A program made the position numbers and the translations under genes. Of a stretch of DNA of 64,000 bases, positions 13,334 through 24,716 are shown in pieces. The DNA lies in NCBI RefSeq assembly GCF_002571385.2, contig NW_019218296.1:38176-102175 (forward strand), given 5' to 3'. The DNA comes from Stylophora pistillata (Eukaryota). Every line of letters begins with the position of its first letter. The first letter of the stretch is position 1. The notes under the pieces are model-generated. The model was not told the origin of the DNA and did no database searches. It saw nothing but the letters and a program-made list of their open reading frames with translations.

Positions 13334-14026
13334 TCACCTCTCTCCAACATCCTGTGTCTGAAATCAAAAGAATGTTGTCAAAACAAATTCAAATGATACT
13401 TAAATAAGTAAGTTAAACTATTGCATTCGACAGGTGGACCATGAACTCTTGACCATTCACGATTAGGACTCCGTAAACCTCTTCTTTGATAGTAAATTCA
13501 AGTCATCTTTGAGTCCCGGGATTATATTGCGATAAAAAGCTAAATGTAGACAAGAGAAACAACCTCGTCAAGACAGAGATAAAGTCATCAATTGTTTCTC
13601 ATACCTGTAGGGATGCCGCTTCTCTTCGTAACTCCTGTACAACCGAAGCTAGTGCTTCAGGATTCACTCCTGCTTCACACAACTTNNNNNNNNNNNAATA
13701 GAGCAGTTTGCGAGAGAGAGAACACTTCTAAGTTATAAGTTGAAACTAAGACATTCAAGCATTCTAAGATCAATGAACAAAGAGGGTAAGTTTCTAAAGA
13801 AACTGTAGTGCTGCGTCTAAGATCAGTTGTACACGATATCAACCTAAAGAAATATTAGTTTTGTAATTCAATTTTAGTCCAATCCACGAGCTTCCGATTA
13901 CATGGAACTATTAACTGTAGAGAATGATGCGTTTCTGTAACGGAAATGAGTGAAATACACGCCTAAAAAGATGCAACCAATACCTTCCATTGCTTCCCTA
14001 GCCGAAGAAACTCTGCTGTCCGCCAT
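13334..14026 (-). CDS. MZT1: Mitotic-spindle organizing protein 1 (MOZART1); part of exon 2 lost in an assembly gap
   Basis: Exon 1 14026-13984 MADSRVSSAREAME; visible exon 2 13685-13605 KLCEAGVNPEALASVVQELRREAASLQ; exon 3 13357-13334 TQDVGER*. The expected LNTGLD segment falls at the N run 13686-13696. Confidence 0.88.
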
Positions 14027-14439
14027 CTTGGTACTCAACAATCTGTTTGGGGCAGCGGAATTCGGCACAAGAGAACCACAAGTGATCCGTAGGAGAAAAT
14101 AAATGATAATCAATGGTGAACCAATATGTCTTCCATTGACCACAAAAGATTTACCTTTTTTTAGGAACTTTCTTTGAAGTTATTCCAGCAATTTGGTTTC
14201 AAAATTTTCCTTTAGCGAACTACATAAGTAATGACTGACAACCGTAGAACGGGAAGAGCCAAAGAGGCTTTGCTGAGTGTGATCAGTTCTCAAATTCTCC
14301 TCAGCTGCATGATTCTTTTCAACTTCGGCTGGGCGCCAGATTCAAAATTATCCAGTTTCGGAATTTCAAGATTTCATTGTTTAGACCTTAGATTATTTTC
14401 TTTTTATGAGTACTAGGATTTTTTCAAAACGACTGAAAA
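14027..14439. promoter_or_regulatory. Bidirectional promoter between MZT1 and BORA
   Basis: Divergent start codons about 410 bp apart; CpG-rich; CCAAT near 14121. Confidence 0.6.
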
Positions 14440-17400
14440 ATGGTAGACAGTATGTCTTCTTTGTCATGTTCGGAAATTACGCGAAATCCATTCGATAGTG
14501 GGATAGAAAACCGCACAAACTGCCCAGACTTTAGTCCTTCCATGTTCTCCATTCAAGAAACGCCGGGAAGTCAAAAGGTGCGATTTTAAGAAAGCTCTTG
14601 GCGGTATGTTTAGTTTCAAAATCAATGCAGCTACTATTAATACGCCATAGTTAAAATTACTTTTTGTCTGTCACAGAAACGACGAAGTTTTCGATGGTCA
14701 ATTGGGCAGATTTCACGGTTGGTAAGTGACTGTAAGAAGAAATAAATGACTCATGAGCCTCCTCGAACTTGGTCCTTCATGATCCTTTGATAAAAACCGT
14801 AGTAACTCCCTTTTAGGATAATACGGCTTGCATATAGTTAGGAAAATTGACTTACACCATAACTTGACAGTTCTGTTGAATTCTGCGTTCTTTTGAGAAC
14901 GCAGAAATTCAACAGGGTTCTAGTGGCAGTAGTGCTTCAATTCGAGCTCTATTATTTTCCCAATGGTTTTGTGTACATTTGTTTGAAACTATTAATTTGA
15001 TTATCTTACATCCTACAAACACGAAAAGATGAATTTAATCCTTAACCAAGATATGATCTTTATTCAATGAAATTTCTTCTTGTTTCAGTTTTTTCCAATA
15101 CACAAACACCTGTACGATGCTGAATTTTCAGTCAGTAAGAGTAAAGTTTAAGACTTAACGTTAATTTAACAATTTTAATGGCAACATAGTAAACAAAAGA
15201 GAGAAAAAAAAATGCCATAGGGATAGTCCGTAAGAGTCAAAGAACCCATGCTCAGACAGACCACCCAGCTAATGAAAAGATATACATAATAAATATACAA
15301 GGACAAAGAAGATATAAAAGTACAATTTACAATTAAATGGCCTATTCATTTGTTTAATAAGAAATTTATCACACCATGCTTAAAAATTGGAATGCTAGAT
15401 GCTGATCTGACGTGAAATGGAAGCGAGTTCCACATGTCCACAATACGATTGAAAAAACTAAATTTAAACACGTTTGTTCGAGCATAGTTCTTCTTTAAAG
15501 TAAGGCTGTCTTAACCTCTCAGGGGGTACCTATCAGTATCAGAATAGAATTGGACATATGTAGAAATGTCTAAATTAATGTATCCGTTCAAAGCTTTATA
15601 AAAGAAGAGTACATCAAAAAGAAATCGTCTATGCTCTAGAGGCAGTAAATTAAGTTTAGAGATACGAATTTCATAGTCATCATCAGATTTCAGAATGAAC
15701 TTTGTTGCACGGCGCTGTATTCTTTCCAATTTAGTAATATTCTTCGCAGTGAAAGGTGACCAAACAACAGACCAGTATTCCAGCTGTGACTTAACCAGAG
15801 TGCAATATAGAGTTCTGGGTGTTTAAACATCCTTCAAATCTCTGCAATTCCTCCTTATCAAACCAAGCACTCTGTTCGCCTTATCTATGTGAGAGTTCCA
15901 GGACAGCTTGTGGTTAGTTAGCATTAGCTGTTATATATGTTCATAAAGCACATTTAGTGCTTTTCGGTATTGATTTTTTCAAAATATTGGTAATAATTTA
16001 TTATTTAGAATCCCGCTGATATTGAAGAATTTCCAGATCAGGAATACAGCACCACATTTGAAAAGTTAGTTACAAGACCTCTTAACTAATAATCCTTGTA
16101 TTCAACAAGTCAACAATGGTGGTTTGTGCATCGGCATACCATCATCATGATATGAAGCTCATTATTTCTCAATGATATTGTGATCAATCAAATTAACTGG
16201 CTATGCCCCTCTGCATGTCCCCCTTATATTTAAAACTTTCTTGTTCCCAGCGATGTATCATTGATCACCACGCAACCATTCTTAATTTAGAGGAGACGGA
16301 GGATTGAGGAGAATGGGAAAATAAAACGTTTGAATCTCTTGTTCTCTTAAAATTGTGAGTTGAGGTGTCCTAACAACCAAACAAGAATTCCGATTGACTG
16401 GTTTTGGCCTTGAGTTGTGTGTATCATTTGAAGCTGTTCTGCATGAACTAGATATCCTTTTTCCAAACCTGTCAGACGCCTTGTAGAGACATGATAAAGA
16501 TCTTGCTAGTGTTCTCTTTTTGAACCACTGCTGTAAGTTATGGATCCCTATGTTTAAAAATAACCATATAAAAATAATTTTCCCTTTATATATCATGTCA
16601 TAATTTAGGGAAGAAGATGAAATTGCTGCTCAAGAAAAAATAGATGAGGTTGGTTGACATGCTACAGTTTATTCAAATTCAAGCAATACTTCATTAGATA
16701 TGCAACAGTATTAAACTTGAACAAAGGAGATGCCATTTTCTCCTGGTTGGCACTTTGGGCTGTAGACCAAAATGTCTTGATTCTTGGCTAGCGCCATAGT
16801 GTTTCGTTCTTTGAGTGCCTGGAACTGGAAAATTTTAAGGGAGGTAAAGTTTGTGCTCGAACCTTAAATGGCTTATCCTTGTTTCCATAGCATTAAGCAT
16901 AGAGGAGTAACACTACTGCCCCTTGGACAGGAAGCTAATCCATCACAAGATTGCCCTCCCCCCCTAGATTTTCTTCAGGCGTTCCTGACAATTTGACAAT
17001 ACCCATTTATACTCCTGGGTAGAGAGGGGGTACTGTGAGAGTATGAGTGATCAAGACAGAATTTCTCCTTACAAAATCAATACAATATCAAGCAGAAAAT
17101 TGATGAGAATAAAAAAAAAGTATCAATCAGGGGATTGTTAGTTGATCCAATACCAAATTCTCTGAATCAACATCATAAGAATTGTATGCCAGACTGTAAG
17201 GAGAATTACAAATGAGATCTTTGGAGTGAAAGGGTTAAAAGTGTTTTGTCCAGAAACAAACAACACTGACTTGGCGAGGTCTTGCACCTAGACCTCTGTA
17301 CCTGGATTCCTCTGCACTAACCAGAGAGCCATTGTGTCTCCCAAGGGGAAACCCAGCAAAATGCTGCCTAGGTAGGTGGGGAGGGGGTTGTTTGGAGAGA

Positions 17401-20400
17401 TTATCTGTAATACTAGAGAGAGGAAACGAACATTCAAGAAGTGTTGGCAATGCTAACAGTTGCTTCACACTATAGAAATCACATTGGGACAAGCTCTAGC
17501 AGGTATTACAGTCCTTTATTCAGGTTATTTTATTCATTTTTCTTTATTTATTTCAGTATTTCTCTCAAAACTTTATTGTTCCATCTCCATGGACACCAAA
17601 CCATGAAGCTAAACATGTTAAGTTCTCTCCTCTTCCACCTGCTACTGCATGTGAGTATACTTAGGCATTTAAGACAGTTGTATCACTGTAGAAAATCATC
17701 CTCCACTGTCACATAAATATATTAATTTTATTAGACTTCTCAGTTAGTTATGTAATTTCAAATGGTCAATTTAGCAGGCTGTATTCCACTGTAAGACCTG
17801 CCAAGTTCAAATTGAAACCAGAGACAGGGCTTGACATAATAGGACAACTTAGATATTACAACAATTTCAGTTTGTTTGCTAGCCAAACTGGCTAGTGGAA
17901 ATCAAAAACCACCACCCAAAACTGAATTTCTACTAGTAGTAGGTAGGTTGCTCAAAATGCAGAACTTTATAAAGAATCATTGAAACTGAAATTTACGTTG
18001 TCAAAACATTAAGGACTTAATTTTAACAAGATTTTTATTTTTAGCCGATTGAAAAAATAATCAGAAGGCTTTTAAAATATTAGAAATTAAAGTATGATTT
18101 AAATATCACAATTAGAAATTATATTATGAAAATAACTCCATCATACGTAGGATGATCAGAGTCTTTGTGATGCTGTAACCTTTTTTTTTCCCCTTAAGAT
18201 ATTGAGGCTGTAAGTTCAATGGAATCATCCTCTTCATCACCATTGCCATCAACTAGCAAAGTAAAAGCTGATGGTAAGAAAAACAGTTTTAACCTCTTTT
18301 TAATCACTGCATTTCTTTGTAGAGGTTGGATTTGAACAAAAGGGCTCATGAATCTTGAAAACAAAGAGAAATACTTAAAATAACTTCAAACTGGGAAGTA
18401 GCAGTCTCCAGAATTTAAATCTTCTTTAAATTATTTTTTTATCATTTCAGCAAGCTGCCAAACAAAGCTTTCTTTACCACCAGACTTTGATCTACAAAGT
18501 CACATTGGTAAGTGAAATATTTTAAACCAAATTGACACTGGTTTTCTCAACAATTTTTCTGGGTGTCACACAACGCTCCTCCCAAAAGAAGCTTCTTTCA
18601 GAGGGAGGAGCATCGCAAGGACTTCTGCAAAGGTGACTAAATTTAGATGTGATGTATTTTCAAATTGCAGTATGCATGTCATTGATGAGAGCACTAAAAT
18701 GCAGGATTTTTTGAACTGTTATTTTTTGTGTGTAAGTCTTCAAGTACTCAGTTAAGTTCATTCTTTTTAGACTCAGTTCATTATAATCAGGATGGTCTCA
18801 ATGGCAGTAAAGATATTTCATTGTCATCATTGAGACGGAAACTTTTCACACAAACTGAAACAGAAACTGTGCCCGAGAAGGATCATTTGATGGTGCCCAC
18901 CAATATAAAGTAAGTAACTCAGCAATAGTTCCCCCATAATAAAAAACATGTTTATAAGGTAATTAATTAGTGCCATTTCTTAAGTTTAATACAAGATAGA
19001 CTGTGGATTAGGCTTCTGGCTTAGTACTTACAATATAAAAAATAACATCAATCATTTGTAATATATTTCTTATTTCATTTGTTTTAGATCCATCTTAAAG
19101 AGTCCTAAAAGTCCTGTTTTTGTAAGTTATTTAGGCCTTAAGTTTGGTCCAAATATAAACCATTGTTCTGATCAACACATAATGTACTTTTATTGTGAAT
19201 TGATTAAATTTAGTTACATTCGTTTGAGATGGAGTTTAATTGTTGGTGCTGTGGAAGCTGGATTGGAAGCTTCCACTAATTGTCAGAAAAACCTGACAAA
19301 ATGCAACCTTTGGAAGAGGGGGTAACCTATTGAGGATGGGTACAAGAAAATGTTGATAAAACTTGACAAAATGCAAACTGGGATAGACCGCTGAACTCTA
19401 GCATCCTTGACAAGATTTAAGCATCGCTCATTTATAAGCTGCTTCATGCAAAAGAGAGTGAATGTGATTTGGAACTGTAATTTCAGGTGACTTCAAGTCC
19501 GGTATCTGACCAATCAACCCCAAGATACACTCTACGTCAAAGGCATTCCACAGCTAGCACCATGTCCAGTCCAAACATGTCTCCAATAAAACCTTTACCC
19601 ACTCTCCAAGAGACACCCATATCGGCAAGAAGGGGGTGTCTCTCAAGACAAAGCTTTAGCCCGATGGACTGTTCACCAGATGTGTTTGAGTCTTCTGGAA
19701 TTGAAATTATAGGCGATGTTCTTCCGGATCTGTCACCGATAAAAGCCAACAGCCGAGGAAGGTAGTTTCCAGATGGTACGTTATGTAGAATGCATTGCAT
19801 GTCTTTGAAACTCGCTAAAAAAAATGTTGGGGTCTGGGTACCACAACAAACGTTCCGCATCATTTACGTTCGAGTCCTTGACAACATTTTTTCCGCGAAA
19901 GTGATTCGTGTGTGTGTTGACGCTAAGACAGTCCTTTTTATTAGTTTATCATTCCATATTGGTGTTTTTAATCTAGGAATTTCGTGGTTTTACGCTTGAT
20001 AATACGTCAAAGCAAGTTCTTTCGAAAAACAAGTGAAATTCGCGCAGTAAACTTTGGGTAAATAGTGCGATGGAAATCGAGAACGAATTGGAATCATCGC
20101 TATCAGGTAAAAAGAATTTCGGATAATTTCTGCTTTTAATCTCCACTTTTATGTCTGGTTGAAAATCAGATCAACTGCAGTCGTAGAAAAATTGTTTACA
20201 AAATCAACTTTTCATAATTATCGTAGCATCCAGTACTCTACTATCAACAGTACATTTCAAAATGAACAGTCGACTCTTGTTCGAGCAGAAATTAACGTAA
20301 CAAGCAAAGCGTACTTCAGGCTCCAAAAGTCGTTTAATGTTTACTTGTGGGAGCATTTTAGCAATATTACTCTGAGATTTAATCACACAGCTTTTGAGCT

Positions 20401-23210
20401 CGTCGTCAGAAAAAACACTTTGCTAAGACTATTTCAGTTAGAGACATAAGTATACTTTGAGGTAAAGAATTGCTAGTGCTTTGGTTTTAAGTTGAAACCC
20501 CAACCAGAACACCTTTGGATGAACTTACTATAATGACCAAGCTACCACAAATCTCCTTATCTGACTTCACAGCTATAATTGCATCCAAAGTACAGATGGA
20601 ATTCAAAAAAGTGTTAAAAATGTAAGAGCACATAGAAGAACAGTCTTTAAAGACTGCTGCTTAAAATGACTGCAGAATATTCTTCGATGCTGTCAAAATA
20701 TAGCCAGAGAACTCTGCATAGTGGGCAGAGAGTTCTGTACAATAGCCAGAAAATTCTCAAAGAACAGCTTGGCTTAGGTTCAACGTAGGGTGGTAGCACA
20801 GGGATGTCTTTTTTAAAAAAAATTTAGCTGTCTCACCTGTGGAACAAAAAACCTATTTTTAGGTCTCTGCTGTGTTGATTGTGAAATAGAGGACTAAGAC
20901 AGTGAGACACTTAGATACACTTACTTTCAAATTTTGTCATATTCTGTAGACAAAGAAGATCCTAATAATTCAGTTGATGATGGTGGTCCTCTAGAAGTAT
21001 CAGCCCTCTCCACAAAGGAAGACAGTAAAGAAGATGACTTGGAAAAGAAAGAAGAACATGTCATTGATCATGATGATGATGAAGATGAGGAGATGCCACC
21101 AAGGATCACAATGGAGGACTTAGCTGATAATTTAGATTCCACAGATGATGAAAAAGTGAACAATCAAAGCACCGATTCTCCAGAATTACAGTTCACAGAA
21201 TCATCTCCTAAGGTGATATCAGACCTAGGGGAAAACAAAGAGGAAGATTTGGATGCCAAGGGTGATGAAAGGGATGGAACAAGAGTAGAGAATAGTAGAA
21301 CAGAAGTTGAAAAAATAAACCAAGAATCAGAGTTTGATAGACATGGACAGGATGAACATTCAAGGCCAACCACAGACTTTCAGTCGGGACAGCATGAGTC
21401 CTCTACCTATAGAAATTCTCAAGCAATGGATTATAGCCATACCAAGCGCTACCACAGATCTATTCACCTTAACGAACTTGACGAAGATGTGATTATCATG
21501 AGAGCAAAGGTTGCGTTAAGAAGAGCCAATAGGCTATCTCCAACTAAAAGTTTAAGCAGTTTCTCATTTGATCCCCAAAGCTTAACACTGTCTGATTTAA
21601 GTTTGAATGGTTCAGCTGTATGGGACCCAGTCAGAATGTCAACACCTGTAGTTACTGAGTCAGGTATGTCCAATGCATATAGAAATTATACCAGAGATAA
21701 TGACAGTCACCATAGCTACAAATCCTACAGCAGATCACATCAGTATAAAGGTGCTGGAGTAACCTATACTGACGAGTCTGGACTTGGTAGAAGTGAAGGA
21801 GAAATGCCTTTGTATAGCTCCCGTGGAATCTCTGGGAAGAGGCTGTCTCCAGCTCCAGCAGTGGAAGACATACAATGGAGAAAACAACATGGAGATTTTG
21901 AAAGTAAGGAGTAATTATTCTTGTCAGGCATCAGATGATTTTGGAACCATTGATTTGGTACAAATTATAACACCTAAGCTATTACTCAGCAGTCATCTCA
22001 TTTGATTACTTGCTAATGATTTATAAACATTTCATTATTTGGGATTGATTGATGTGCTCCCTGCCAATAAGCATGCTGAAAGATTTTCATGTATATTAAA
22101 AGCACTTCTTCCTATTTTTGGTTTTTATGTTAGACTACTAGAAATCTAAGTCTTGATAATAAGTGCTTGTTAAAATGACGATTGACAAATTCAACATATG
22201 CAAAAAATCAAAAAATGGTACAGTTTATGCTGGATAACTTGATTCTCTGATAAACGTAGACATACTTGATTTCTTGATACCTTGAACCTTTTTACCTCCC
22301 CAGTGATAGTATAAGCTGTGGTAGATCAGCTGAGAAACAGGAAAAGTCAGTGTCAATCCCCAGCAATGTAAACACTGTTCTCATTTTATAGATGATCTTT
22401 CTAACAAGTTAATTTCTTTTTTTTTCTTTTTTACTGTATCCAGGGCACTACCCGTTATTCTATTCCTGGAAAAAGCCCAGTTCTCCATTATTTTCCTCTC
22501 AGAATTACAGAAAATGGCAACTTTCCCAAACACATCCAATGTCGTATGTGGAATGGAAAGCTCTATACTGGAGACCGCCACAAGATGTCTTTGGGTGGAG
22601 AAATGGTCACCCATATCACACTGACCGACATGGTTATGATGCAGACTTCAAGAGGTACATGTAAATCACATCATCATCAGCTGTGTTTGAGCCACAAGTT
22701 ACTCATACCATTAGACTACTTTAAATTCAACTGGTTTTGGCCTTGAGATACCCCTTAAAAAGGTATTCTAAAAGAAAATTTTCATTGTTTTTAATGTTGC
22801 ATGACAGCATTTAACTTTTGCTGCAAGCAACGGATGAAGATCACATTGAATGATATCAACACTACATGAAAAGGAATTTTGAATTGTGGCATTTTGGTAA
22901 AGATGTCTGGGCAGTCACAAACAAACTGGATCTTTCCTTTTTTTTCCATAGATCATCTTGGCCATCAAGACCTGTTTCATCAAAGCTGATCTATGGTTCA
23001 CGCCCTCTGTCCCCCCCTGTGACCTTCCCGCCAGCAAAGTTTCCCAGAGCAGTTCCAGGGGGATTTGTGTCAAAGATTGCCTTGCCTTCCTACCAAGATA
23101 GTGACAGTGGCTACTCTGAATGGTCACGCAGCATCAGTCGGAAGGAGAACATTTTAAAAAGTCAACACAGTTCCTCAGGATTTGCCAGAGATCGCCACTA
23201 TTATTACTGA
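14440..23210 (+). CDS. BORA: Protein aurora borealis (Aurora A activator); joining of exons after 19761 is uncertain
   Basis: Exons 14440-14577, 14677-14721, 16009-16064, 16609-16648, 17557-17650, 18199-18273, 18451-18507, 18771-18909, 19088-19121, 19487-19761, (20066-20106), 20950-21903, 22444-22654, 22952-23210. Bora motifs NPF..SPSMF, FRWSIGQISRLNPADIE, IVPSPW, ASCQTKLSLPPDFDL, SSLRRKLF; DSGYSE in the last exon. Confidence 0.85.
15150..15920 (-). mobile_element. 5'-truncated, decayed CR1/L2-type LINE 3' end in BORA intron 2
   Basis: Minus-strand peptides LVKSQLEYWSVWSPF and ERIQRRATKFIL...LNLLPLEHRR, then FFNRIVDMWNSLP, typical of the post-RT C-terminus. Confidence 0.8.
16860..17345 (-). 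mobile_element. Decayed SINE interrupted by a TTAA-type MITE (about 17045-17237)
   Basis: TACCCATTTATACTCCTGGGT is the reverse complement of the SINE core seen near 63835; the MITE ends GGAGTGAAAGGGTTAA. Confidence 0.55.
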
Positions 23211-23219
23211 AAGAAAAAA

Positions 23220-23396
23220 TAACCCTTTAACTCCAAGGAGTGATTAATTAACATGTAACTTCTTCCCAAAATATCCATATCCAGGTACTAGATTTTAACT
23301 TGATCTGACACCAAATTCTTGCAACCAATTTCTAAGGAAATGTACAGCTGCTAGTGAGGAGAATTTATAATTCGATCTTGGAAGTTAAAGGGTTAA
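23220..23396. mobile_element. About 180-bp MITE with TAACCCTTT...AAAGGGTTAA ends (piggyBac-like); related copies near 4100-4290, 9100-9300, 9640-9755, 11040-11260, 12978-13135, 45570-45770, 48590-48790, 61841-62049
   Basis: Terminal inverted repeat TAACCCTTTAACTCCAAG / CTTGGAAGTTAAAGGGTTAA; shared internal motifs among copies. Confidence 0.7.
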
Positions 23397-24668
23397 GTAA
23401 GACCCATTCGATTATAGTGTAGTGTGTATCCATTTTAGAAGATATATCCTTTCTATCAGGCTCATTCAACAGGACAAAGGCCATGGAATTATAAGCAAAT
23501 AGCTATCACCTACACAGATGGGTGTTACTCTTATAACACGATAATGCATTCATTAAAATGGATCAGTATAAGAAGGTTGTATTAATTTTTATCACACCAA
23601 GTATGTGTTAGTCAAAGATCACACCATTCACAGAAGAATTTTTAATACCCAATATTACACAGTCATGTATGATAACACAACTGAGTGAAAAGCACATGTA
23701 AACCTCATTTACACTACAATTTGTTTTAACTTAAGCCCTCGCCACCTTTGTGTGTTTTCCTGTTGATACATGTATCCTTTTGATCTAAATGCTCCTTGGA
23801 TACTTTCTTGTTGACGTTTGCCAATCTTCACTATGAAAGAGAGGTTTGGGATTTAAATTTGCTATTCTTTCTTAAACATGCAGAAGGTTCTTACCCAAAA
23901 TTTACAAAGAGTATTTGGTACTAATCTTTTGTTTAATATTATTGTTATCATGATTATTATCATTGTTACCATTATTATTATTATCATTATTATGATTTTT
24001 AGCAGCCTTGTATATAGGGTTCTAGATTTGCCATTCACCTTTCTCTTTTCTGTATAGTTTTAGATGCTTTTACTTATCAGATTATTAGACTTTGAATCTG
24101 TTCAGACTTGACTCTGTTATTTATAGTTTTCCAGACACTTTGACAAAAAAAAAGGAGTAGATGTGAGCCGAAAGTGAGTTATTTTGGATCGTTTTTTACG
24201 CTGTTAATATTTTGTATTGTAGAGGATTTTATGGAAATTATTGCTAAATTATTATTATTATTTTATCATTATTATTATAGGCAAATGAATAAGTTTCTCC
24301 ATTTTGTGCCCCACCTTTTATTATCGTTTGGAGGTTTAAGTCCTAAGTGTGAAGAAAAGATGTTAGTAGATTTACTTTGAAATTTATTTTGTATATTAAA
24401 TACAGTACATAAGTCAGTCTTCATCTTAAGTTCCTTTATAATTATTTTACAAGGTTACTAGATATATATCATCCTTATCAAAACATTTTGTAGTAGTCAT
24501 TTTATAGAGAGAAAAAACATTCTTGTTCAAGTTACTTGTAAAAATGTTTGGATAAACCTTCTAGATTCTTGGAAAATATTGACCTGTGACTGAGCAGTTT
24601 TTTTTCTTCTGGTAGGTAAACTAGACAAGTGTAGCAGTATAAAAGTCAGCAAGGGGAATAAAACTATT

Positions 24669-24670
<2 letters not shown>

Positions 24671-24716
<46 letters not shown>
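24671..24716. repeat. Poly-T homopolymer (about 46 nt)
   Basis: Direct observation. Confidence 0.95.
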
